Program-made: the position numbers and the translations under genes | Shown: piece by piece, positions 8,657 to 16,739 of the stretch | How positions within the stretch are numbered: the first letter of the stretch is position 1 | Layout: every line of letters begins with the position of its first letter | The notes under the pieces: model-generated | The model's input: only the letters and a program-made list of their open reading frames with translations | Databases searched by the model: none | Told to the model about the DNA's origin: nothing | Assembly: GCA_963705375.1 (NCBI GenBank) | Contig: OY970071.1 | Location: forward strand, 1,020,001-1,052,000 | DNA length: 32,000 nt | Source: Candidatus Saccharimonadota bacterium | GTDB taxonomy: Archaea; Micrarchaeota; Micrarchaeia; Micrarchaeales; Micrarchaeaceae | Direction of reading: 5' to 3'

Positions 8657-9496
8657 ATGATAGAAGTAAAAGAGATAGTGAAGCGCTACAGTGACGGAAC
8701 GCTCGCGCTTAAGGGCGTCACTTTCTCGCTAAATAAGAAGATAACCTCGATAATAGGAAGAAACGGTGCAGGCAAGACTACTTTGCTCAGGATATTATCT
8801 ACGCAGCTCATGCCAACATCAGGCACTGCCACGATAAATGGGTATGATGTGATAAAGGATGCAGGAAGCATAAGGCGCATGATTGTAAGCATACCTCAAG
8901 AGTCAAAACCGATTGATTATCTCACCGCGATGGACAACGTCAGGCTGTACCTGTCTGCAAGGGGCATGGGCATGCGAGAAGCGAAAAAGGCCACGGAAAA
9001 TGCGTTCAAGAGGGTCGGCCTTTGGAAAGCAAGAGGAAAACGCGCAGACGAGCTTTCTGGAGGAATGAAGCGAAAGATATTCGTGGCGATGGCAGTGGCA
9101 TCAAAGGCAGATATCGTGTTTCTTGACGAGCCGACCACAGGACTTGATCCGCTATCAAGGATGGAGGTGTGGTCTGCGATAAAGGCCGTAAAAGGCCAGG
9201 TCATACTAACCACGCACTACATGGAAGAGGCACAGGCCCTTTCGGACCATGTGATCATGATCAATAAAGGCAAGCTGCTGTCCCAAGGATCAGTAAAGGA
9301 ACTGTTGAAACCTTTCGAAGGACTGGTTCGTATTGAAAGTGCCAGGAAGACAAACAAATCCTACCAGATAGGCAAAACTTACATCTCATACATCAGGAAG
9401 CGCCAGGCAGAGTCGTTAGTCATGGAGGATGATATAGTAAAGCCCATAACGCTGGACGACCTGTTCATAAAGAAGGGTGTTGAGCTTGAATATTAG
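8657..9496 (+). CDS. ABC transporter ATP-binding protein
   Basis: Walker A GRNGAGKTT, signature LSGGMKRK, Walker B IVFLDEPTTGLD, H-loop TTHYM. I prefer the ATG at 8657 (MIEVKEIVKRY) over the track start at 8612 because a TATA-like ccttaataaag sits at about 8599-8609. Confidence 0.9.
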   Translation: MIEVKEIVKRYSDGTLALKGVTFSLNKKITSIIGRNGAGKTTLLRILSTQLMPTSGTATINGYDVIKDAGSIRRMIVSIPQESKPIDYLTAMDNVRLYLSARGMGMREAKKATENAFKRVGLWKARGKRADELSGGMKRKIFVAMAVASKADIVFLDEPTTGLDPLSRMEVWSAIKAVKGQVILTTHYMEEAQALSDHVIMINKGKLLSQGSVKELLKPFEGLVRIESARKTNKSYQIGKTYISYIRKRQAESLVMEDDIVKPITLDDLFIKKGVELEY

Positions 9497-10208
9497 ATAC
9501 ATATTATGGCATGGCTGGTTCGCGGGGCCGCTCCGTATGAGGACATCCTATATTTGGATTATCGCCCAACTGTGCCTGCCGCTTTCCCTTCTTTTCATCG
9601 TTGGCGTGCTGTCGCAGGGCAGACTGCTGCCTTATGCCCTTGCAAGCGGAGTCATAGCCATATTTGCCACTACCAGTATTGGAGGTGCTGGAGAAATTAC
9701 CTCTCTCAGATTGAACAACATGCATCAGGATCTCATAATCGCTACGAAGACCGGGCCGACGGACTACATGCTTGGTGAGATGCTTGCCAACTTGGGCTGG
9801 TCTTTCCCCACTGTGCTGTTGTACCTAATATTGGATATGTGGTATCACTTGCTGAACCCATACAACCTGGCAATGACAGTTTTGGTGTGCATGCTTGTTC
9901 TGGTTTCGACAATGTCCATGACCTTTTGTCTTTTCAGTTTTGTAAGGCATACAAGGAAGATCAGCGCTCTGTCCACAATCCTTTCTACGCTAATGATGTC
10001 CCTCCCGCCCGTCTTCTATCCCAGCACCTATATACCAAAGTACCTTCTGTTCGCCTTGGCGTTCCTACCGTCTACCCCTGCAGCTGTGCTAGAACAAGGG
10101 CTATTCAAGCTCACACCGATGGCATGGTATATGTTCGCAATACTGATTGCAGATACCTTTGTGTATGTTCTTATCGGACGGTATGTGACAAGGTGGAGGG
10201 AGAACTGA
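9477..10208 (+). CDS. ABC-2 type transporter permease
   Basis: GTG start overlapping the ATPase stop by 20 nt. Six hydrophobic helices. Position and size are typical of ABC-2 permeases. Confidence 0.7.
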   Translation: MLSLNIRYILWHGWFAGPLRMRTSYIWIIAQLCLPLSLLFIVGVLSQGRLLPYALASGVIAIFATTSIGGAGEITSLRLNNMHQDLIIATKTGPTDYMLGEMLANLGWSFPTVLLYLILDMWYHLLNPYNLAMTVLVCMLVLVSTMSMTFCLFSFVRHTRKISALSTILSTLMMSLPPVFYPSTYIPKYLLFALAFLPSTPAAVLEQGLFKLTPMAWYMFAILIADTFVYVLIGRYVTRWREN

Positions 10209-10271
10209 CCTAAGTAAGGTACAAAACCATTACAACTTTTTCTTCAGAGAGGACAAAAGAATGCTCGAGGC

Positions 10272-10326
10272 AAGTTCTTTCTTTCGACGACAAGGTCTGG
10301 TAAATCAAAAATGGGCCTTAGCCGGG
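10272..10326. repeat. direct repeat copy B (trailer and last ~13 nt of tRNA-His)
   Basis: See copy A. Positions 10314-10326 are the 3' acceptor strand and discriminator of tRNA-His. Confidence 0.9.
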
Positions 10327-10386
10327 AATCGGACCCGGTCTGAAGGATCCACAGTCCTCCGTGCTAGCCGGTACACCACTAAGGCC
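10314..10386 (-). tRNA. tRNA-His: tRNA-His (anticodon GTG) with encoded G-1
   Basis: Hand-folded cloverleaf from the reverse complement: G-1, acceptor GCCTTAG/CTAAGGC with C73 pairing to G-1, D stem GTGT/GCAC, anticodon stem GAGGA/TCCTT, loop CTGTGGA, T stem CCGGG/CCCGG. No CCA encoded. T-run trailer. Confidence 0.9.
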
Positions 10387-10413
10387 ATGCTCATATATCT
10401 CTCCACGCAACTT

Positions 10414-10734
10414 TTAAGCATTAAGCCTCACCACTGCATACGCGTGCGGAAGGGTCACTGTGTCTATTGCGATGGTATCGTTCGCAACCTTCATCTCAAT
10501 TCCGTCTGCTCTGGCGCTAAGATAGAGGGTGCTTAGCCATGCACCGTAATCGCTGACGTTGACTGGCTTAGTTGCATACGCCATCTCTTCAAATGACTTG
10601 ACGTTCTGTGTATTGACGTACGATGCGAACTGGTTCGAAAACAGGTTAAGGATGCATGCCTGATACAACATGCTCGACGTCAGCAGCACGGACAATACGC
10701 CTGCAGATCCGACAAGCATGCCGTAAAAACCCAT
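10414..10734 (-). CDS. small secreted or membrane-anchored protein, last gene of the pilus operon (possible minor pilin)
   Basis: Starts directly adjacent to the stop of the upstream gene. Hydrophobic N-terminus MGFYGMLVGSAGVLSVLL. No clear K/R-A/G-Q site. Confidence 0.5.
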   Translation of the reverse strand: MGFYGMLVGSAGVLSVLLTSSMLYQACILNLFSNQFASYVNTQNVKSFEEMAYATKPVNVSDYGAWLSTLYLSARADGIEMKVANDTIAIDTVTLPHAYAVVRLNA

Positions 10735-11124
10735 TCAATCACACGCATAAAGACACAGCACACTGTACGTGCCGTTTACCGATACTGGATAGCACCGTTC
10801 TTGATACATCGAACAGTATCGCTCCGAGCCTCTCTCGGCTGTTTTTCCTTCCTGTGACAGCCGCACATACTTCAGAGCGAATGCGCTGCGCAGACCTTCT
10901 GCAATCTCGAGCTCGCATTGCGTTTCAGCAGAAACAAAGCAAGCCTTCACGCTATCGTTATGATACAGCATGTTTCCAAAGTCGTAGAGCGCATTGCCGA
11001 TGTCGAAGTCATAGCTTCGCTGCGTGGCTGGCGATGCATACAGTATGTTTGCGGAGAGGCTTGCTATCGCTGACAATATGACCAATGAGAGCAGAACCTC
11101 AAGCATGGCGGCCTGTGCCTTCAT
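10735..11124 (-). CDS. pilin-like protein with class III signal peptide
   Basis: N-terminus MKAQAAMLEVLLSLVILSAIA: short basic leader, Q at +1, Glu near +5/+6, then a hydrophobic helix. 4-nt spacer to the upstream gene. Confidence 0.7.
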   Translation of the reverse strand: MKAQAAMLEVLLSLVILSAIASLSANILYASPATQRSYDFDIGNALYDFGNMLYHNDSVKACFVSAETQCELEIAEGLRSAFALKYVRLSQEGKTAERGSERYCSMYQERCYPVSVNGTYSVLCLYACD

Positions 11125-11128
11125 GTGA

Positions 11129-12433
11129 TCACGTTACATTTACTGTAGACCCTTGCACTGAGATTAGCTGGTGTGCGGCACCGCTATGGTTGAGAATCGC
11201 ATCTATGCTGTAATAGAGGACGGACAATGGCTTGCACGAATAGCGCAATCCAGAACCTTGTACTACAAGGTTGCAGTTGTCATCGCTGGTAGTGTGACCT
11301 GATGTGATGAATCTCAACGCTGTGGAGTTGAGTGCATTCACCGCCTCATTTGCAGCATCAACGTTGCCGTTAGTGTTGTTGTAGTAGTTCATTACCGAAA
11401 CAAGGTTGTTCAAGGCTTGCTGGTATGCGTTGTAATTGCTCATGTTCGTCTGCCATCTGCCCTTTGTAGTGTTCACCACAACGTAATTCTCATAATCTTG
11501 TGGACCTGTCCCGCTCACGCTTTCTACGCTGGCTGTGCCACAGCTAGTCCCTCCGGCGCCGACCACTGTGGATATCTTGTTTGTGTTGCCGATTTCAGAG
11601 CTAAGCGTCTCACTCCTATTCCAGAGCGAGAGCGTGATATTGTATTCATATGATTGTGATGCCTGCACCTGCCTTACTGATGTGTTCGTAGGAAACAGCT
11701 CTACACAATAAGTCAATGCAGGGCTGTAGTAATTCCAATAGCAGTAGTTGTTATGCACAAACAAGTACCAGTTCGCACCGCCGCACTGGTCCTTGATCGG
11801 GAGCTGGTGCCCGTATATGTCTATGAAGCTGCAGTGGCTCCAAATACTGACAGTGTATATTGGTGATGCGTTCGAAATACCGTACAATACGGACTCGTTG
11901 CGCCTGTTTATGCTTGCCGAAAATGAGTATCCTGACTGCGTTGTTTGGTTCTGCCCCTGCAGGACTGCGAAGCTTTCGGCGGTCAAATTCCTAATGAAAG
12001 TGCCGTTGGCGTATTCTATCCCGACACTCACATTCAATGGGCCTTGCTCTGTCGGGACCACCGAAAATGGCAGTATCTCCGTGCCAGAAACGCTGATGTT
12101 GCTGTACGTGCTAGGCGTGATGCCGTATTGTTGTGAACCGATCGCTTTCAGATTCAGAAGTGCGCTGGCCCTTTGCAATGCGACAACGATCTGCAAGGCA
12201 TTGCTCTTGTTTACATACGATACATTCGGCATGCTGGCATAGAGGAATATCGTGCTGTTTGCTTCAGACGGTACGTCCGCAGGCACATTCACATCTGCGC
12301 TCCTGTTAATGACGCTGGCGTATGCGCTGCGCTGCTGTCGGAGAAGGCCGGAATATGCGCTGATCGCAAACACGCCGAATGACGCAACAGCGCTTAGCAG
12401 TATTACAAACTCAAGAGTAGTTTGCAATTTCAT
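11129..12433 (-). CDS. large pilin-like surface glycoprotein (class III signal peptide plus ~400-aa sequon-rich domain)
   Basis: MKLQTTLEFVILLSAVASFGVF at the internal ATG 12433 (track start is 12451). About 20 N-x-S/T sequons by hand count. Cys-containing extracellular domain. Confidence 0.7.
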   Translation of the reverse strand: MKLQTTLEFVILLSAVASFGVFAISAYSGLLRQQRSAYASVINRSADVNVPADVPSEANSTIFLYASMPNVSYVNKSNALQIVVALQRASALLNLKAIGSQQYGITPSTYSNISVSGTEILPFSVVPTEQGPLNVSVGIEYANGTFIRNLTAESFAVLQGQNQTTQSGYSFSASINRRNESVLYGISNASPIYTVSIWSHCSFIDIYGHQLPIKDQCGGANWYLFVHNNYCYWNYYSPALTYCVELFPTNTSVRQVQASQSYEYNITLSLWNRSETLSSEIGNTNKISTVVGAGGTSCGTASVESVSGTGPQDYENYVVVNTTKGRWQTNMSNYNAYQQALNNLVSVMNYYNNTNGNVDAANEAVNALNSTALRFITSGHTTSDDNCNLVVQGSGLRYSCKPLSVLYYSIDAILNHSGAAHQLISVQGSTVNVT

Positions 12434-12764
12434 GTCGATACACCTTTGCATAATATACGGTGCCTCCTATCACAAGCATCCTTGACGCTAATACGTCGCC
12501 TGCGTCCACAGCGCTTGCATTCGAACTTAACGTGTATGCGTCGCCGAACAGGGTGCGCATTGTTTCCTGTGCGTGGTCTGGTGTGGGATTTGACGAACCA
12601 AAGGCGGCATCGACTTCTTGCAGCCTGGAGTTTGCCGCAAACGATGACGCATACGCCTTCGCTGCGCTCACGTTGCCGTACTGGCTGCATAACAGCTGCA
12701 GCACCAAAACAGGCAGCGCTAGCGAGAATGCCAATATGCCTGCCAATGTGTCCAATTCGATCAT
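12411..12764 (-). CDS. small pilus-operon protein with hydrophobic N-terminus (possible pseudopilin)
   Basis: ATGA overlap with the upstream gene. N-terminus MIELDTLAGILAFSLALPVLVL. Chosen over three other overlapping ORFs because of this coupling and its composition. Confidence 0.5.
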   Translation of the reverse strand: MIELDTLAGILAFSLALPVLVLQLLCSQYGNVSAAKAYASSFAANSRLQEVDAAFGSSNPTPDHAQETMRTLFGDAYTLSSNASAVDAGDVLASRMLVIGGTVYYAKVYRHEIANYS

Positions 12765-12964
12765 CTATGTGCCTCGACAACGTTCACATATGCATTTTCT
12801 TGAGCGCCAGGCAGTGCGCTTGAGTTGACGTATGCATTCCTGATAATAACGCTGGAACCTTGGTAGTATCTGTGCACGCCCGCAAACAGGAGCAAGACGA
12901 ACAGCACAAATGACACTGCCAAAGCGAGACTTGTGAAGCTTTCCGCCAGCAGCTGTGCCTTCAT
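12761..12964 (-). CDS. small pilin-like protein with class III signal peptide
   Basis: MKAQLLAESFTSLALAVSFVLFVLLLF (Q+1, E+5). 1-nt TAATG overlap with the upstream gene. Confidence 0.65.
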   Translation of the reverse strand: MKAQLLAESFTSLALAVSFVLFVLLLFAGVHRYYQGSSVIIRNAYVNSSALPGAQENAYVNVVEAHR

Positions 12965-13344
12965 TAGCCCGCACCCTCCAATGCATATGTTCCGTTTGAA
13001 AGCCTGGTGAGTTTCAGGTGTTCAATGCCTCCCGGCGCGCTGCATGCAGACGTGCCTATAGTCAGATTGCCATCGATGCGCAACGTTTCGAAGGTTACTC
13101 TCATCACATCGCCGTGAAACGTGCCATTGCATATGCTCGAAGGCATAACCGCGTAGAAATCGCTGCTCTCATAAGCCATATTCGCGTTTATCAGCGCAGC
13201 AAGCTCTTCCACATATGTCCTGTTTGTGCTTGAAACCTGGATTCTTTGCACGTATAGGAATGATGCTATCGCCGACACGGTCGAGGCAGCGGCTAGTGCC
13301 GTATAGAGCATGAACTCTAGTGAAAGCTGCGCCCTCACAGACAC
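12964..13344 (-). CDS. pilin-like protein with class III signal peptide
   Basis: GTG start. MSVRAQLSLEFMLYTALAAAS (R-A-Q, E at +5, F at +6). Confidence 0.7.
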   Translation of the reverse strand: MSVRAQLSLEFMLYTALAAASTVSAIASFLYVQRIQVSSTNRTYVEELAALINANMAYESSDFYAVMPSSICNGTFHGDVMRVTFETLRIDGNLTIGTSACSAPGGIEHLKLTRLSNGTYALEGAG

Positions 13345-13360
13345 GCCTGTTTTGTGGCAA

Positions 13361-13561
13361 TCACCGTGTGCTGCTCGAAAGATTGCTCAGTTCTTTCGAG
13401 AGCTGCATCACCACGCTCTGGTTCGTTCCATTGGCGAACGCGTGCATGGCCGTGCCCTTGAGCTGCATCACCATGGCCAGGGCTATGACAATGACGATGC
13501 TCACGGCAGAGAGCATCATTATGTACTCCAAAGAACCCTGTCCGCGCATCGACCTTGCCAT
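13361..13561 (-). CDS. Flp-like mini-pilin (66 aa), candidate major filament subunit
   Basis: MARSMRGQGSLEYIMMLSAVSIVIVIALAMV fits the Flp motif G/XXXXEY followed by a hydrophobic helix. It is the 3' 66 codons of the 207-aa track ORF 13361-13984, whose 5' part overlaps the real gene 13612-14382. An alternative ATG lies at 13603. Confidence 0.7.
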   Translation of the reverse strand: MARSMRGQGSLEYIMMLSAVSIVIVIALAMVMQLKGTAMHAFANGTNQSVVMQLSKELSNLSSSTR

Positions 13562-13611
13562 TGCGGCTAGTGCTACGATCTCATTTTTGTACAGTATTTG
13601 CATTTCATCAC

Positions 13612-14382
13612 CTATAACATTCCAATCGATAATGCTGACGCAATCTTGAATACGAATATTGCGACGGCGCACGAGAGCGCAGACTTCTGTGCCCTTACAG
13701 TGGCGCTTTCCCTCATGTCGTATTTGAAATTGAGCATGTTTGAGTATGAAATGAAGAAGGCAAACACGGCAGTAAGTGCTTGTGCGCTTGGACTGCCTGA
13801 ACTCTGCATGATTGCAGTGAATTTCAGTATGTTGAGGCTTATCCCTGCAAATATCGGGAAGAAGAGGATGGCGCCTATCCGAGTCACGGAGAGCAGGCTC
13901 CCTAAGGTTCGTGTGTTCTTGAGTTCGTTGCCGTTTCTCTGCGCAATGTGTTTTCTGAGCTCCAAAAACTGCATGCGCAAGCATGCGCCATTGTCTAGTC
14001 TGCTTGTCACTGCAGAAACTATGCCCTTCATAGCATAGCTGTTATAACCGAGTAGCACGGAAAATGCCTGTCTTGCGTTTGAAGAGAGTCTGTACGTGCG
14101 TATTGCACGCTGCATATCCTTGCAGAATGCGAACCTATCGTTTAGTGACTTTTCCAGCAGTCCAAGTGTGCTTGCAGAGTCCGAGTAGTTCTCAAGCACG
14201 CTGTCGATGAACTGGACTGCATCTCTATCCACAGCGTTTGCACCAGCACGGCGCACCTTCGAAGCCGCTATGGAACACAACGTGCATGCCACAAGCAGCA
14301 CCGCTGCAACAGCTATATTGCCTGCAAGCGCTAGGGCTACGCAGAATATAGCAGCGATGCAGCATATTGTCTCATATTTCAT
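13612..14382 (-). CDS. type IV filament platform protein, TadC/EpdK-like (single T2SSF-like domain)
   Basis: N-terminal hydrophobic helices, a helical cytoplasmic domain of about 120 aa, then 3 C-terminal TM helices. Sits directly downstream of its paralogue and the ATPase. Architecture-based call only. Confidence 0.6.
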   Translation of the reverse strand: MKYETICCIAAIFCVALALAGNIAVAAVLLVACTLCSIAASKVRRAGANAVDRDAVQFIDSVLENYSDSASTLGLLEKSLNDRFAFCKDMQRAIRTYRLSSNARQAFSVLLGYNSYAMKGIVSAVTSRLDNGACLRMQFLELRKHIAQRNGNELKNTRTLGSLLSVTRIGAILFFPIFAGISLNILKFTAIMQSSGSPSAQALTAVFAFFISYSNMLNFKYDMRESATVRAQKSALSCAVAIFVFKIASALSIGML

Positions 14383-15094
14383 ACAGACCAGCCGTGTGTG
14401 CCCTTACAAGCGCAAAAATGTTCGGTATGATGATCAGCATCACAACGCAGAATATCGAGAGCAGCATGTGCGAATAGCATATCATAGAGTAGCCTGTAAA
14501 TGTGAACACAGCAAACGAGGGCAGCACTGTGCCAACTGCCATGCTAATGGTTAGATATCTCTGCAATCTTCCAGCATTCCTCGCATCTTCCATTTTGATT
14601 ATGCCAGTGAGCCTATCGTACGCATTCTTTACTGCGAGGACCGGATCGCGTCCGTTGGCATATTCTCTACCAACATCTCTCAGCGGTGCGCAAGCCGCGT
14701 AGGACCCCGCACATGTAGTCTTGATTGCATCATCCAATTGCGCGCCAAGAAGCAACCTTTTCCTGATGCCGGACAACAGGCGGTGCGCCATGGTGCACGT
14801 GCTTACATCCATCACTTCGAGCGCATCATTCATGCCTGCTATGAATGATTTTCCTGCGTACCTGGCGCTCGAATAAATCTGCTGTAGGCCAAACATTACG
14901 GCATCACGCTCCTCAGAGTATTCTGCTTTCTTGTAGAGCTCGAATTCAGAGATCGATACTGCTAACATCATCGGAATTCCTGTGAGAATGCCCAGCTCCA
15001 CGCCATAGGTTCCGACGAACGTACCGATTATTAAAAGTGCAAACGTTATTGCTGCTGCGTTAAATAGTACCATGAACACAAGCCCTTTCTTCAT
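14372..15094 (-). CDS. type IV filament platform protein, TadB/EpdJ-like (single T2SSF-like domain)
   Basis: Same TM / helical domain / TM architecture as 13612-14382. ATGA overlap with the ATPase gene. Confidence 0.6.
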   Translation of the reverse strand: MKKGLVFMVLFNAAAITFALLIIGTFVGTYGVELGILTGIPMMLAVSISEFELYKKAEYSEERDAVMFGLQQIYSSARYAGKSFIAGMNDALEVMDVSTCTMAHRLLSGIRKRLLLGAQLDDAIKTTCAGSYAACAPLRDVGREYANGRDPVLAVKNAYDRLTGIIKMEDARNAGRLQRYLTISMAVGTVLPSFAVFTFTGYSMICYSHMLLSIFCVVMLIIIPNIFALVRAHTAGLYEI

Positions 15095-16620
15095 TTTGGC
15101 ACTCCGTAGTTTGCTATTTGCTCACTGAGGTCTGCTTCGCCGCACTCCATCAGTTCTTTTAGGAAAGCCGCGCGTGACCTTAGCTCCTTTATCACAACAT
15201 GTGTCCTAAGTCCGTGCATCTTTGCGTATTCACCGACAACTTTTGATCCGTAGAGCGCATCGTTCGATATCGTACCATCCTTTGCAATGTATGACACTCT
15301 GCACTCTTTGGGATCTGGGCCATCTATGCCTATTTCGTTCCTGCTAAGCCATCTGAATTCTGCTATGCTCTCCAATTTCCTCGATTGCATGCCCTTTTGC
15401 CTCATGAAGGCCGCAACATCGAGCATTGCTATTAGGTTCTGCTCAACACTCATGGGCTTTGCCTGCAGCCTACTCACTATGGCGTTGCCGTTGTCGCTGC
15501 TGTGCATCGTGGTCATGAACGGTATTCCGAAGTTCGAGCCGGAAAGGACCTCGCCAGCCTCATTGCCGCGTATTTCCCCGATAATAAGGCGGTCCGGCCG
15601 CAAGTGCAGCGCGTTTATAACCTGCTCCTTGAGCGATGCCCTGCCTCTTATGCTGGATCCTTGCAGCGAGACCATGTTTGTGAAGTTGCTGTACTGCCTG
15701 AGCTCGTTTATGTCCTCCTCGATCGTGATCACACGTGAGTACTGTGGTACAAACGCATTGAGTGCCAGCAGAAAAGAGGTCTTGCCGGCTGCAGGTGCGC
15801 CAGCTATGACGATATTTAAGTTGCTCTCTATCGCAAGCCACAGATACGCGAGCTCTTCCGGAGATGCGGTACCAAGCGTCAATATGCGCATTATGTCCAT
15901 ACGCTTGCCGCCGTTGAGCCTTATCGTCGCAAGCGCCCCATTCACCGAATACGGTTTTAGCTGTGCATGGATCCTTGAGCCATCGTTGAACTGGGCGTCT
16001 ATTATCGGCGTGCTTGAGTTGATCTCCCTCTCTGTTGACGCAAGCATCTTATTGAGCATGTACCTGAAGTCCCTTTCGCTGTTGAAGCGCATGTTTGTGG
16101 TGCAGTAGCCATAGGTGGCGTGGTATATGCCTATCGGTGCTGTCGGCGCATTTATCACAATCTCCTCTATGTTCTGCTGGTCCTCCATCAGCATGCTTAT
16201 CGGGCCGAAGCCTACGGTATCGTGCGCTATCATTTGCGCGAGCAGTTCCTTGCTTTCATTTGTGCAGTACTTGCCGAGCATGCCCGTAACAGTCTGCTGT
16301 GCCTTGCATATGCTCTCCTTGGAATATTGGATCTCTGGTCCTTTTGAAAGGGCGTCTATTGTCTCACTCTTAACTCTACAGGCTACATCCATGTCTCTGC
16401 TGTCTAGGTTTAGTGCGAGCAGCGCGTACACGCGCCGCTGCCCCGTGTCTCCTATTGCCATGTTTCCGTTCGACCAGATAACTTTCTCAGGGTAATCCTG
16501 GACAACGGAGAAGCACAAAGATGTAGGCTCATGCTCATCTGCTGTGCTTTGAGGGGTGCTTCTGCCAATCAGGCTTATAAGTCTCATAGGAAATTTAACG
16601 TAATCCTTTATACCTGACAT
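15091..16620 (-). CDS. type II/IV secretion-family (TadA/FlaI/PilB-like) assembly ATPase
   Basis: Walker A GAPAAGKTS, Asp-box region ITIEEDINEL, Walker B region PDRLIIGEIRGNEA, His box TTMHS. Variable N-terminal domain. Confidence 0.9.
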   Translation of the reverse strand: MSGIKDYVKFPMRLISLIGRSTPQSTADEHEPTSLCFSVVQDYPEKVIWSNGNMAIGDTGQRRVYALLALNLDSRDMDVACRVKSETIDALSKGPEIQYSKESICKAQQTVTGMLGKYCTNESKELLAQMIAHDTVGFGPISMLMEDQQNIEEIVINAPTAPIGIYHATYGYCTTNMRFNSERDFRYMLNKMLASTEREINSSTPIIDAQFNDGSRIHAQLKPYSVNGALATIRLNGGKRMDIMRILTLGTASPEELAYLWLAIESNLNIVIAGAPAAGKTSFLLALNAFVPQYSRVITIEEDINELRQYSNFTNMVSLQGSSIRGRASLKEQVINALHLRPDRLIIGEIRGNEAGEVLSGSNFGIPFMTTMHSSDNGNAIVSRLQAKPMSVEQNLIAMLDVAAFMRQKGMQSRKLESIAEFRWLSRNEIGIDGPDPKECRVSYIAKDGTISNDALYGSKVVGEYAKMHGLRTHVVIKELRSRAAFLKELMECGEADLSEQIANYGVPK

Positions 16621-16739
16621 GTATTATATTTACTCAAGTATAAATATATATACTTTTGTACAAACTATTTAATCCATAGGAAAGTAATTTACTGGGCTTC
16701 ATGCATAGGCTTTTAAACTTTCATCTATAAGTATAAAAC
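16621..16739. promoter_or_regulatory. AT-rich divergent promoter region (pilus operon to the left, wHTH gene to the right)
   Basis: TATA-like tatatatatttata (minus-strand sense) about 25-40 nt upstream of the ATPase ATG. cttttaaac about 25-30 nt upstream of the ATG at 16740. Confidence 0.5.

Noticed and set aside
8480-10271. An integrase or transposase gene inside the repeat-bracketed segment.
   Set aside because: I looked for one, but only the ABC ATPase and permease genes are there. No recombinase-like ORF lies on either strand, so the mobile-element reading remains a hypothesis only.
10261-10536. 91-aa + strand ORF.
   Set aside because: It runs straight through tRNA-His and the 3' end of the last pilus-operon gene.
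12422-12828. Two + strand ORFs (133 and 122 aa) and a second minus-strand ORF (12430-12780) overlapping the small pilin-like genes.
   Set aside because: Four frames are open here because of GC-rich, Ala-rich coding. Only 12411-12764 is translationally coupled (ATGA) to its neighbours and has a membrane-helix N-terminus.
13562-13984. The 5' two thirds of the 207-aa ORF 13361-13984.
   Set aside because: It overlaps the platform gene 13612-14382 in a different frame and reads as Arg/His/Cys-rich junk. Only the last 66 codons (the Flp-like pilin) are credible.
15287-16108. 273-aa + strand ORF, plus several 60-126 aa ORFs on both strands between 15.5 and 16.5 kb.
   Set aside because: They are antisense or out of frame relative to the Walker-motif ATPase gene. 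Long spurious ORFs are frequent across 10.4-23.9 kb, where stop codons seem rarer.
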